Part shown: positions 13,122-25,661 of the stretch, piece after piece
How positions within the stretch are numbered: position 1 is the first letter of the stretch
Layout: every line of letters begins with the position of its first letter
NCBI GenBank assembly: GCA_047495785.1
Contig: JBLDXI010000001.1
Span: forward strand, 4,340,001 to 4,404,000
DNA: 64,000 bases
Origin: Lepidodermella squamata
Lineage: Eukaryota; Animalia; Gastrotricha
Direction: 5' to 3'
Position numbers and translations under genes: made by a program
Notes under the pieces: generated by a model
Database searches by the model: none
What the model was told of the DNA's origin: nothing
Seen by the model: the letters and a program-made list of their open reading frames with translations, nothing else

Positions 13122-14509
13122 TTTTATTTGCTTTTCTCACGAAGAATTTGAAGAAACTGAAGGGCTGGACAGACATTTAAACTAGTGCAATGCTATTAAT
13201 AAATGAGTTCAATCCTAGCCAAGATGATACAAGCAAATAAACAAAAAGCACGCGATTGCAATTAGTTTTGAATTTTCTGCAATTGCAAATGAAAAAATGT
13301 GTATATGACCGATACCAAGTGAAAAGTGAGGTTTGGCGTATTTTCTGTATTTTCAGCAAATGGCAAAACGTGACTTGAAGTAAAAATTAGAATTTTTCAT
13401 CCGTCTATTTTGAAGCCGATTTTCCCAGCTATCGACCTCTGTCTGATATCGTTAGACTCATGGTTCATTATTCTTGAAAGCGGCATCAACATCTCACGAT
13501 GTCAAAAATACGTAAATATGTAATATTCGGCTCAAATACTTACTAGATTTTGCGGCCAGTCGTATGAGCCCAGGTATACCTTTTGTAGACTCGGAAAATT
13601 ATTTGTTTTAGAATTTGTTGAAAACAGCTGAGCTTATTTAGTTAAGGCAGGTAATTATATCCGACTTAACACCATTATGAGAGACGGTATGGAGATACAC
13701 AATATTTTTATATTTTTCACATTTTTTAAAATGATTTTCTCTCACTTTCGTGTTTATCGACGAAACGCCTAGGTATTTTTACCTGTTTGCGCCAGCTGAT
13801 AGGTTCTGCGGCCGATAAAAATAAAATCAACGTCGATTTATTAGTATTATATCACTACATACTAACATCAGCCGCTACAGCAAATTGATGACCGGTGATG
13901 GTTTCAAGGCAGCATCTTCGAAACAACACACGCCATATTACGCACACCCAGAAGAGCGATTACTCAGCGCGCACATTTTACTGCGAGAAGGCTGTGTAGC
14001 AATGCCCGAATGCGCCCTGGTCATTAGCTAGCGCAGGTGAAATCAATGCACCATGACGCTCACGCCTTACACTGGCCATACGCTATTGCTACATTACTCG
14101 AAATCAGAAGCATAGAATGGCCATTATAAAAGATGGACCGGTCATTCCAGAGAATTGATAAATAACGAGCGGCAGTCGGTATCTCATTTTACCAGGTATT
14201 AAAGTATGTTTATCGCAAGCGATTTCGGCCCTAATATAATACTAATTTTCTGGCTATTGCGATATTGTTAATTTCTACTAGATTTTTTGGGCCATTAAAT
14301 AGGATTTCGTCTTTCATTTTACAGTCCCTGTACAGTGAAAGTTATCTAAACTGCACTAGGGTAGGCAAAGTGGTCCGATTTAGACCGCGTTTTCGGTAAA
14401 ATTGTGGGGCAGGCTGCATTTCGCGAATGTTTCATGGTTGATTAGACAGTTGGCAGTTGAGATACCCTACGACCATATGGTCGACTTCAAGATTTATAGA
14501 ACATGAGTC

Positions 14510-15530
14510 CTAGTCGCTGCGGTAGAATCTGACGTGCCAGGATGCATCGTAGGGCGCCGGCTCTCGGCCTTCGCGGATATGTTGGAGATGTGAGGCTCCC
14601 AGCTGAGGCGTGCGGCCAGCGTAATGCGTAAGTACTTGATTGATGACTTTTGTGTTATCGCCCGATTTCCGATCTACAGCGAGATCGAGGGTATACCCTC
14701 GATCTCGCTGTAGATCGGAAATCGGAAATCGGAAATCGGATCGGAAATGCTGTTGTGGTTTCCAAAAAGCATGACCTCGCATTTTTCGTGTTTTGATCGA
14801 CACCCCATTGAAGGATGAGTGGGCGTCCCTGTTTACCTGCGTGGTTGTAATATCGCATTTTACTTCTTTCTAGCATTTTTCTTTCTTAGCGCCCGGTCGA
14901 TAAATGAAGTCGAAATCGTATTCCTGTAAAAGCATCTGATACCGTGAGAGCTTACCACCCACATCGCGACACTTGTTGATTGTAACGAGCGGGTCGTGGT
15001 CAGTTACCAGCTCGAACTTCCCACCTTGCCAGATCGAGTTGCCAGATAAGGCCTAAAAGTGCGTATGGCCTATGTGGCGGCAAGTAACTCCCTTTCGGTA
15101 GTAGAGTACTTCTGTTCCGTTTTGTTGAGTGTTCGACTCGCGTAAGCGATGACGACTTCCCTTCCGTCATGAACTTGGCTAAGGACGGCTCCAATTGCAA
15201 AGTTAGATGCATCCGTATAGACCCGGAAATTAAGGTCGAAGCGGGGGTACGCCAGTATGGGATAGCTGATAAACTTTTGCTTCAGCGTTTCGAATGCAGC
15301 TTCGGCCTCGGGGGACCATCGGAAATTTTGTTCCGTCTTTCGAGTTAGTGCTGTCACAATTTCAATCTTGGCCCTTGGAGCTGTGTTGATTTTAAATGTG
15401 ACACCATTAATCTTGGTGTCAGCCTGGCTGGCTGGCGTTGGCTGCGTTGTATTTGTTGTAATCGACGGGACCCGCATTGGTCCGGTGGGTTCGGTGCGTT
15501 GTTTGCTGTGTTGAAGTTGTAGGGATCCAT
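14510..15530 (-). mobile_element. Ty3/Gypsy pol remnant (RT connection, RNase H, integrase fragments)
   Basis: FRVYTDASNFAIGAVLSQ...IAYASRTL...YSTTERELLA, then frameshifted FELVTDHDPL...LLQEYDFDFIYRPG. Confidence 0.9.
14662..14725. repeat. 64-bp perfect palindrome followed by (GGAAATC)n
   Basis: 32-bp arms centred on GTATAC, interrupting the Gypsy remnant. Confidence 0.9.
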
Positions 15531-16099
15531 TAGCGATATAAGATTTAGACGAAAAAATTTATTCCTTTCGAAGACTCTATAAGAACGCTTGCGGACTAGT
15601 AACGAGATCGAAGGTTTTTTCACTTGCTATTCGATGCTACTGATTCGGTTAGATACCCTGATCACCTGTTTATTTCACACACGGCTCATTATCTGCCCTA
15701 TTTTCGATCTGGATGTTGCATTCAGAATTGGAACCAGATATTTTGAAATCAGTGCGCGGAGTACGGGGGAAGGAGAGTAAGGGGGATGAGGGGTATTCGT
15801 ACCCCACAGTTCACAAGACAAAAGTGGAAAATCCCAAAAAAACCACAGGGGCGACCATTTAGTCATAAAATTTGAACCCGAAAATACCTAGTTCGAGGAT
15901 CCTACTTATTCGCGTGCTTTATTCTCGCAGGAGCTATTTTGTCTAAAAACTGGACATCCGACTGTTTTAATCGGCGCTCCTTTGAAGAATGTGTGGGTGT
16001 CAGTGTTTATCTGCGCGTGGCTGAGCAGTTGCTTGCGACAGGTAGGGCTTGCATTGCTGCTTGAGTCTCGCATCGATCGAATGTTTTCCCCTTCTCTCG

Positions 16100-16650
16100 A
16101 GCTCTACTGCTTCGCAGAAGCAAAATATCCTACTCCTTGATCATACTTGAAATAGGATAGGAGTTCCATTAGCACAGATTATTCAGTGAAAGTTTCGAGC
16201 AGTGCCTTACTTTTCTGAGATTATAGACGCCGATGAAAGTGTACTCATCTGATGTAGTCGTCAGTAAATGGAATCATGTGAAGCTTGCTTCGTAGCTTGA
16301 AACTGGCATCCGTTCCATCTAACGATGAATTGTCTACTACTACGTACTCTGTCAACCTCAGGGCGCGATTTCTTGGATAGCTTTCCAGCAACACAGTCTT
16401 TGCAAAAATTGAGCTATCCTTCACTGCGCTGCAGCGTTAGGATTAGGATTCGATCCATCCTGATCCTGCAGGTATTTTTTCCAAAAGCTTGAACTGTTTC
16501 CGTGTAAGTGTGGATTAAGATCAGATCTCCACTCATTGTTTCGCTGTCCAAAATCCAAGGCGAAGTCAGCGATGAATCAGAACCCTTAGAATTAGATTGC
16601 ATACACCTCAAAGCGAGTATAGCCTTCGGTTTCCATGGTAGACGGGTATT
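16100..16650 (-). mobile_element. Highly degenerate Ty1/Copia pol fragment
   Basis: Protease-like PWILDS and integrase-like YVVVDNSS in broken frames. Confidence 0.35.
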
Positions 16651-18600
16651 CCTAGCGATATTATGGCCAATTTAAATTCTAGGAAAAACGAGAAATTCCG
16701 ATAACGCTGCGGCTGCCGAAGTAATTTCCATTCGGTTGCCAATTACCATGTCGACTGGTTTTCAGGACAACATCCGATGACCCATTTTTTTTCCTCTCTG
16801 AGTTAGACCACGCATGTCTGCCATCAACGCCGCCTCAGCGTCAGTCAAAATCAGTTCCTTAATTAGTTGTCTCGACGTTACCAAACTGCTGTAGCTTGCA
16901 GGCAGACTGCATCATAGTTACAATAATGTCGTCGTCCGGAACTTCAGATCCAATCGCTCGCGATTCGTCCCGGGGGTGTCTTTGAATTGAGGTGATATGC
17001 TAGGGATTCACCTTCTTTATATCGCATGAAGAATAGCTTGTTTTTAAGCATCATTCTATTTGCTGTAGACGTGTTGGCTAGAGTGCCGTAGAGTGTCCAT
17101 TACCTCTTTAGCATTATCCGATTGTGGAAGAGTTACCACGATATTTGAAGAAATGGCTTTGAATCGAACGTTCGAATCGTATTCATATCTGAAGGTGGGC
17201 TTTTTCGTCTCGAATGATCGGGATTATGAAAGCAGAATGGACGTAGCAATGAAATTTCGAAATTTGGAGTGTTCGAAGTCAATCAATTGAGCCCAACATC
17301 CTCGTTTACGCATCGTGCGCAAATAGACGATAGAAATTAGAATTATTAGAGCTTCGATTTACGATTCGTCATTCTCGTCGTTTGATCGTTAGGCCTAGAA
17401 GTTAGGTCTAGGCAACGCCCTGGATTTTCGATGTGGCACTGCGCGCATGCTTGGCTGCAGCGAATGAAACTCTACATCACGAGGCTAAATAGTAATGAAT
17501 CGGGAATCGGGTATGTTTTGTGATTTTAATATTTGCATTATTTGTTGAGACCCCTTTGGTTTTCCAGGTCATCAATACTGCCTCTGGCACTTCGGCAATG
17601 TCGGAATATAGAAGCCGAGGCACGCATTTCCAAGTCACTGCGTCCTTTCCGGAATTAGAACTAGGCAGAGGTTCCGACATGGAACTATCATCCGTCCATT
17701 TTAATACTAATCAGATGTGAAAGCGGAATGAAATAAACTTGCTGTCATGAAAGTTGCGGTTTTCGAATTGTTTGTCTAACAGTTTTTTTGAAAATCTATG
17801 AAGGATTTGAACCAAAATGGACGAGATGGAAACAGGGTTATTTAAATAATTGATTACACGTGTTCGATTTTATGCTGCCAAGAATGGGGGCAATCGGCTT
17901 CCAACGGCGAGTCCCATAAGTTGCCTAAAACAAGTTCGCATGTTTTGCAAAACAAGCGTCAGGTTTTACTTGACTCTGGATTCTACACAGCTCGGATACA
18001 ACTGTGTGACAGACTATCGTTTTTAACCCGCCCGTGCCAGCTTATTTCGAATCCTGAATCCCGGTACGTCTGACACATAAGGTAATCGGCTATCGTTTCT
18101 CAGTTAAGATTATCGGTAATTTATTTTGAAATCCCCCAGAATTGAGTTCATTCTTTATGTTACATTCGCATGAGCCTTGAAGCCAACGAGAGGGCAAACA
18201 TTGCCCATTAGTTTCTGGGATTTTTCAAATGGATGACACCTCCAGAGAAATAGGTGAGCAAAGGCATCACCAGCGCTGAACTAAGCTCCGTCGTCCGTTG
18301 TCGTTTGCGAAACTTAGCTTGCAGTAGAATTATGTTGGCAAGCGGTTTGCTAAGTTTATGAAGCACTGTGATGGTAAACCAGTATCAATCATTCATTTAT
18401 AAGACCAATTGCAACAGCCATTCGAAAATTTGGCGGCCGCTATTTTAGATGGAGCTTTTTTCTGAGAAGCAATGAAAAAATAACACATAAAGATTAAACA
18501 AGACGTCCAGATTTCGCGTTGACAGATCCGAAATGATGCAAGCGAGAACGAAATGCTAATAATGTAGAACACAAAGGTCACACCAACAAGTTTTCTGATT

Positions 18601-19711
18601 TCATTTCATCTGGCTTTTGATTTCCTCATCCGTAGGAAATTTCGTTCTTTTCTCCACCTTTGTTACCATCCTCTGAATGAATTTTGATTCATCAAATTCA
18701 TGATATTTTCCGGGGCTCCGATCTTCCAAATTAGGATGCATTATTTGCTTCAAAGCGCGGTTTGAAATGTAGAAAAAGTCCTCCGCCAAAGCAGGTTTCA
18801 AGGCTTCATTTGCTTCCCATTCCTTCAACAGGCCATCAATGACTTCATGACGGAAATTACTGAGTAGATCCTGTTTTTCCTCTTCGTTCAAACCAAAAAA
18901 GTTTGCGCCATCGAATTTCATATTCGACATTTGATCCAAATCCAAGTCAGATTTTGTCCTGACAAGAATGAACGGTATTTCATACTTGTTCAAAGCATCA
19001 ACCATAATCTTCAGATCAACCATAGTCCGTTGATTCGTGACCAGAATTACCAAATCAAAGAAATATATGAATTTATCGTACAGGTAACGCTCGATGGGAT
19101 GATCAGTAGTTCCACTGCCAGGTAAGTCCCACAAACAAAGGTTGCCGTGCTGCGCTGAGACAAATTTTTGCGGATTTTGCGTTGTCTGGCTGATGCCCGT
19201 CTTAGCGGCTTTAGGGTCCCGGTCGTGCATGCCACATAACACATTGACCAATGAGGATTTGCCACATCCACTTATACCAGCTATGCCAATGTTGAGGTCG
19301 TTCTTAGTGTCGATACCTGCTTCTTTCGCCCGCTCGTGCATGAGATGGATCAGCGCGTCTCGCTTTGCATTATCAGCTGACTTTTCATCATTTTGAGCTT
19401 TCTGCTTTTTGCGAATTTCCTCATCCAATCGGTCAGATTCTTCCTTTTTCCGCCTGAGTTCTTCTTCAAATTGTCTCTGTAGAAAGAAAGGACGCATTAT
19501 AAATAGTCTAGATCATCCGATGATAACCATAAGATCTTATTCGATCAACAAAAAGATTGGCCCAATAATTCGTTTTCTGGTGAATTATTCAATAACTCAC
19601 CATAGCCTCCTGTGGTGGCGCTTTTTCCGCTCCGGAAAATGCTTTATCAATCAACCATGCAGCGAATGAAGCTAATATGCTCTCCCAGCTGATCGCTATG
19701 ATATTACCCAT
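18601..19711 (-). CDS. Immunity-related GTPase (IRG/IIGP-like, GKS type), ~328 aa; exons 19711-19601 and 19476-18601
   Basis: G1 GISGCGKS, KTG..QTT, G3 LWDLPG, G4 VRTKSD and FYISN. The upstream exon starts MGNIIA and splices GTGAGT..CTACAG in phase 0. Confidence 0.88.
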
Positions 19712-20310
19712 CACGATTAGCTAATAGTAGATCAGGTATAAAAATCTAAGCTGGATATACAAATTTCAAATAAGAATCTTTTTGTCGCTATTTTGTCCTT
19801 GGCCCCTTACTTTTATTTGTATAGCTATCAAATTGCTAACCTGAGCATGATTATTTGGAGGGCGCCAACCAAAAAGTTTTTTCACCTCTCGCCAAAAAGG
19901 CATAACTGCATGCAAAAATCTACAATTTCAACGGTTCAGCGACAATGGTGAAATAAATGAGCAAATGAAGAAATATTTAGATGGCATCGTGGAAAATATA
20001 CAATTTCAAAGGTTTTTATGTAAAAGTAAATTAATATGCAAATGAAAACACAGCTGAAAGCGCGAGAATCTCGATAATCTATTGAATTTTGCACTAGTGC
20101 TTAGTTACAGCACCGGCGTGCTGACAGACAACGCCGCGGCACTGTCTGTACTCGTATTACGTATTACTCGTTGTATTGTTGTAACTAAGGAGAGTTGATA
20201 GGGGAAGTGCCGCATGTTCAACTACCAACTCTGAATAGTCGGTTGGGCATGACTACGCACTTGAAACCACGAAGACTACTGCACACTTGTTGAGACAGAA
20301 CAAGTCAACG

Positions 20311-20681
20311 ATGATTTCAATCAATCAATCAAAATCAATCAATATCCCAATTTTCCAGGACTAAATCAATCAAATCAAATCAAATCATCGACAACCATAA
20401 ATCAGAATAAATTGCGAAACATCGGGATTTTCAGGAAGCTGGGGGCTTCGAAGTTCAAAAAAATGAATAAAATAACGCGAATGTGAAATAACCGTCCCTT
20501 TCCATAGCAAATTTTCATCAAAAAGGAGTAGAGATCTTGGTTTCGCGGTATCAAGTTTTTCGATTGCATCACCAAGGCTAAATCAAAATCAATCAAATCA
20601 AAATGCTTCTCTGCGTAAATCAATCATTTTAAATCTAAATCAGTGAAAATAGGGTCTAAATCAAATCAAATCCAAAGCACT
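20311..20681. repeat. (AATC/AAATC)n-rich DNA transposon end fragment
   Basis: Clusters of AAATCAATC ending in AAAGCACTG (CAGTG-type terminus on the minus strand). No partner end seen. Confidence 0.4.
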
Positions 20682-21104
20682 GAGTCAAATGTTTATAAAT
20701 GCAGGTTAAACTTGAAGGGCGCCGTGGCAAGTACAGGTCTAGTATCTATTTCGATCACTGGATGTGTTCAAGTTTCAATACCTTTCACATTGAAGGCGAC
20801 CTTCAGTTTTAGCTAGGTCCTTTATAAAAACGGTGTCTTTTTTTAATTCGGTCAAGACTTACACGTCACAGTTTCAAACGTCTTTTGCCCTTGTTGACTC
20901 GGCGACTTTTCTTTTGACTACAAAGTGTCCATAAACCCTGGGCAGCACAAAACAAGAACAAATAGAACGCAAAAGTGCATAGCCCAGGGTTTAAGTAAAC
21001 AACAAAATCGAGATTAAGCCGTTTTAAACCCGGAACTGTCGACGACAGTCAAGCTATTAAGAAATTCATTTGCCGCCGTAAATTGAATTATTCAAAGTTT
21101 TAAA

Positions 21105-22169
21105 ATGGTACTCGACCACCCGCCCCATGCCTCAATGCGCGAGGACTACAACGACAACTCGAAGAACCAGCTAGTTATGCTGAAAGAAGCATCCGATTTC
21201 ATCCAACTCGGTGTCCAAAGCCACCAGGGCCAACTCCCACCAAACGACTTCCCTTTCGTGATCGTCGACTTCGGAGCGAGTACAGGTGAGAACAGTTCAT
21301 GGGGGATGAACTTGGTCATCGCAGCGTTTCGCGAGAAATACAGTGAATCCGCTATTCCATCGATCCTGGTAGTTCAAGAAGATGTCCCTCGCAACTACTG
21401 GGAAACCCTGTTCGACTACAACCATAAGAATGGCAATTCGTTGGTCCACCAGAACAACGGAATTATCCCTCTTGCGGCTGGGCGAAGTTTCTACTACAAA
21501 GTTCTACCTGATAATTTCGTTCAATTCGCCCTCTGCACGACTTCGGTTCACTGGATGTCGAAAAACCCGGTGAGCAAAATGCCGCCTGACTACATTTTCA
21601 ACGACGAGATGGTGGCGAAATTCAAGGCCCAAGCTGACCACGACTGGCGAAAATTTGTGACCCTACGCGCGAAAGAACTCGTTAAGGGGGGCATTTTGGT
21701 CGCAAGTGTTCTGACTAATCGCGATGCCCAGCATCGAAAGTACGAAGTTGCCTACAAGGCGGCTGAGGAGCTAGTTAAGCAGGGTGTCATCACGCAGGCT
21801 GAACTCGATAAGTTTCACGTCCCCTTCGTGTGGCGAACTGTTGACGAAATCGCGAGCTGTAGCGATCTTTACAAAGAACTTGGCTTGGATGTGCTGGCTC
21901 TGGGAAATCTACCTGACAAGCCTCACTACTTGTACGAACGATATCTGAAGCATCAAGACCGAAACTTGTTCGCCGAGGAGTATGGAGATGCAGTGGCTGC
22001 TATAATTGAAGAGTTTTTCGAAGATTGCCTGGATGAATATCGTCTTGAACACCATCAGGCTGAAATAAGTGCGAAGCTGTGGGCAATTGTAAAGGATAAA
22101 ATTCGCGAGGATCCTGAACGCTTTGGCACTCCTTGGAGCTTGCTAGGTGTTGTTTTCCGTAAGATATGA
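21105..22169 (+). CDS. SAM-dependent carboxyl methyltransferase, SABATH/Methyltransf_7 family, intronless
   Basis: Motifs IVDFGASTGENS, EDVPRNYWETLF, GRSFY..VLP, SVHWMSK and QA..DW..F..LRAKELVKGG. Confidence 0.92.
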   Translation: MVLDHPPHASMREDYNDNSKNQLVMLKEASDFIQLGVQSHQGQLPPNDFPFVIVDFGASTGENSSWGMNLVIAAFREKYSESAIPSILVVQEDVPRNYWETLFDYNHKNGNSLVHQNNGIIPLAAGRSFYYKVLPDNFVQFALCTTSVHWMSKNPVSKMPPDYIFNDEMVAKFKAQADHDWRKFVTLRAKELVKGGILVASVLTNRDAQHRKYEVAYKAAEELVKQGVITQAELDKFHVPFVWRTVDEIASCSDLYKELGLDVLALGNLPDKPHYLYERYLKHQDRNLFAEEYGDAVAAIIEEFFEDCLDEYRLEHHQAEISAKLWAIVKDKIREDPERFGTPWSLLGVVFRKI

Positions 22170-22836
22170 ACGGCAAAAAAATCGGCAAAGAATTGAAAAA
22201 CTTCAGAACTATTTTCTTCCTTCCACTCCCTATGTAGCAATCCGAATGCATAAACCTTATCCGACAATATTTTTAAATGGGATCTATTTTGATAGGCAGA
22301 AGGCTTAACATGAAAACTTAACTCTTGTCCTCAATAATTAGGTTAATAAGCGATGAATTCAGAATATTTTACTTTGTTTCTTGTCGATCGGAGAGCAATC
22401 ATCCTCATAAATTGGCAGTTGGAACTTCCAAATAGTTCACGGTTTTATTTCTAATATCATTACGTTATGATTATTACACAGCTTGTATGCAGAAGCGATA
22501 TTGTGCAAAAAAATGATAGATTTGAAATTGTTTGAACATGATAAATGTTATATAAAAACAGCCATGATTGATTCAATAATACATTATTCACTTGTCAATT
22601 TGAGGTTCGTTTTCTTACCATCTTACCATTAGTATCTACCATCAAAGTATGGCAGTCCTAGATCTTCGAGGTGGAACAACCGAACCGGAGAGTGAAGTAG
22701 AACAGCAAAACTGGCAAGGATAAGGAGAATCGGATGCCAACAACAAAGACCAAATACCGGGTTCCAAGCACAATGCACAAACAATGAAAATCGTATCCAT
22801 TCCGGATGACATTTAGATCTATATAGTTTATGCATT

Positions 22837-25661
22837 TTAGCCTCTTTCGGCTGTCGCAGTTGTAATAATCCTCAGATCGATATTTGTCATTAGATGCCCG
22901 TCCACACTTCCAGTGGTGGTTGTATTCTGACCAGCTAGTGGTCTCATCGTCATAGACTGACGGTCCCTACGCATTTGTGACTTGAACTCAGCAGCATCTT
23001 TGGTCATTCTCACCCTGAACTCAAAAATAGAGACGGCTATGGAAATCCAAGCTATGGCTAGGCACACGCCGGAAACCGCTAGCATCAGATGATGGCCGCT
23101 GGTCGCCTGGATTACGCCGACTAGCATCGACCCAGCCAAGAGGGCTGTCATTTCGCAGTAAATCACCGTGCCAGTCATCGAATAGCGGTGGGTTCCAAGT
23201 AGCTTTTTCACGGCCTTTCAAGTTAATATAGGAATGTACAGATTCAGAGGTGAATGCGATACGCAAAAGCTTACCCTGAAGATCTGTTGAGAAAGCCTAA
23301 AAGTTAGAGCGCCAGCCAAAAATTGAAGCAAGCACAACTCGAAAAATGAAAGAATCGCTGATGAATCAGAAAGATTTAAGCGGCAATAAAATTTTGTCTC
23401 CAGATAGATCAGGTCTGGGTCTAAATCTGACGCGTGCTGTCCTGTTACTATTTCAGTAAAATCTACCATAGGCAGAAGACCACCGAGCAGAGGCGCATTA
23501 GCAGCTATCCATAGAATCACATAGGATATCGGCTTGTATTGGTGTTCTCTAACTAGTTTTAGCCGACTGCCTCGAACATTTAGAAGTGTAGAGCGTAACT
23601 TAACGTAGTTTCCAGCGAGTAATGCGCAAAGGCCAGCAAATACCAAGGTGCCGAATGCTTGGCAGGTCTCGAGAGGCGAAAACTGCATTGAGACTGGCAA
23701 AACATAGCTTTGAACGAATAGTAAGAACGTTCCAATCAGTGGGGAACGATTTTGAGAGATGATTTCACCTGGATGCACACCTGGATCAGCATCAATTGGC
23801 ATCAGGAGAGACAAGAGAGGCCTAGTTGGGAACATCATGGCCAAACAAGTCAGTATACCCATAGAGCCAATCACTAGGAAAGATGGTACAGTGTAAATGG
23901 GATATGGGGTAAGGGATATGGGATAAATTCTGGAGAAACCGCCTTTGAATGTGTATCTTACCTGCCATAACTGCGTAGACGGATGGCTGAACAAGCGGCG
24001 TTACAAAGGAAGCGAATATAAATGAATCAGCAAAAGGCTTGCCTGTCTTGGTATACCACATCACGTTTTCACTACGAATTATGGGCGGCTGGTTTCGAAA
24101 GGTATCAAATATCGCCACTGTTTTAGACTCATAATCATCGCTACCGTCGACTTTGTGCAGCTGTTTAAAAACGACAGGGGCATAGCTCAAAGTTGCACGC
24201 CGAGTTTCCGGGCTGAATCGATACCAACCGAGCAGCCCTTTTATCACCGGCATCGAATACAGCGCTTTGTCCATTATCGTTTTGAAGGTATTAGGTTGGG
24301 CGCTATAGAGTTCAGATCCGATCGTCCAGTCTTGCAAGCTCTCATTTCTCATGTCTCGCATAATGCTCACAGCATAATCAAGCCAGAAGCCGAGAAAAAT
24401 TGTTTGGTCATAAACGTTTTCGGCTAAAACCTGTGGCTCTGATAGATTGGAGATTCGCCGTTCAAGGTTCTCCGCGAACTCTCCGTGAGTCAAACCTGTG
24501 GAGTCTGCTACAGTTTCGTTCACATCAGCCATAAATCCATCACCGAAGAAGATAACTTTACGGACCATTACAGCCAAATCTTCGCAACTGCACGTCAAAT
24601 CGTAAGGTATAGCGTTGCAGTTATCGGGTCGCATCTCCGTTTCGTAGTAAGAGAATAAGAAAAACAGGTAATTTGGCGAAGAGAATCCGTTCTGATGGAA
24701 ACTGCATAGAATCTGACCGACTTTGTCTGACAAAATGACTATCACCCTAGCACCACTTGATTCAATAACTTCAACAGCTTGCTCGATTTCGCCCAAGTCG
24801 CCTAACACCATTATCTCTCTCAAGGTTAGTAATTCCACGCCTTTAGCTTCCAATTCGGCGTGAAGCTGTTTTAAAGCGTAGAAATAAATGATATTGCTGA
24901 TCACAGCAACTTTCCGCCACTTGAAGTGAGTAACAAAATCGGCGAATCCTGAATAGACACCGCCTGTGTTTCCCGAGAGAGGATATGTTAAAGAATAGAC
25001 GTCAGCATCCATGGCAACTTCGTAACTGATTGTACAAGAATCCATCTAAATAGCATGCATTAGTCAAATAAGTTGCCTTCAAACCCGCGTCAAATATTAC
25101 CGCGAGTAGGTCGATGGCTTTAGCAGCCAGGGATATGATTTTTGGGGCAACATCCAAACAAGGTGATAACATTAAGATTGGAAGCCTTTCCGTTATTCCT
25201 TCTTCATTACTGAGCTGTTCAAAAACCGCTGGTATTCCGAACATTTCATCACCCTAAAAGTGAAATTACTTGGCATCATTAAAATTTCGATGGTAAAGGG
25301 ACATTATTGTTACCTTGTCGTCGACCATTTGGAAAACTATTTCATACTCGTCCGTAAAATTAGTCACTGACTTTAGCTGATCCAGTGCCAGTTGAATGGC
25401 TCGCGTAGCGGATGGGCCCATCGTGATGACACCTTCCTCATAGTAAGAGTAGCAAATAGATGTCAAAAATGTCAGCACTATTTTATCATCGGACGCGTTA
25501 TCGAAAAAGCTTGATGAAGCCACGTAGGTTGGCATCGGTTCATCCATCGCAGATTTTCCGACGTAGAATGACTCGCTGACTCGATCTCGAAATTCTTTCA
25601 CTGTTAAAGTTGTTACTGAACTCATGCTCATGATCAGAAGAACTAGGGATAGATTTGTCAT
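22837..25661 (-). CDS. Class C (GABA-B-like) GPCR A1, ~853 aa; exons 25661-25314, 25253-25101, 25045-23962, 23873-23275, 23214-22837
   Basis: Signal peptide, ANF/Venus-flytrap motifs (AIQLALDQL, HFKWRKVAVI, GARVIVIL) and seven hydrophobic segments with TM3 C...G..K. Four GT-AG introns keep the frame. Confidence 0.85.

Larger units (their letters stand above)
11147..13301 (+). mobile_element. Two-gene IS630/Tc1/mariner-superfamily DNA transposon, 2155 bp
   Basis: TIRs at 11147-11183 and 13265-13301 match at 34/37 nt, with TA on both flanks. They enclose a transposase and a convergent second gene. Confidence 0.88.
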
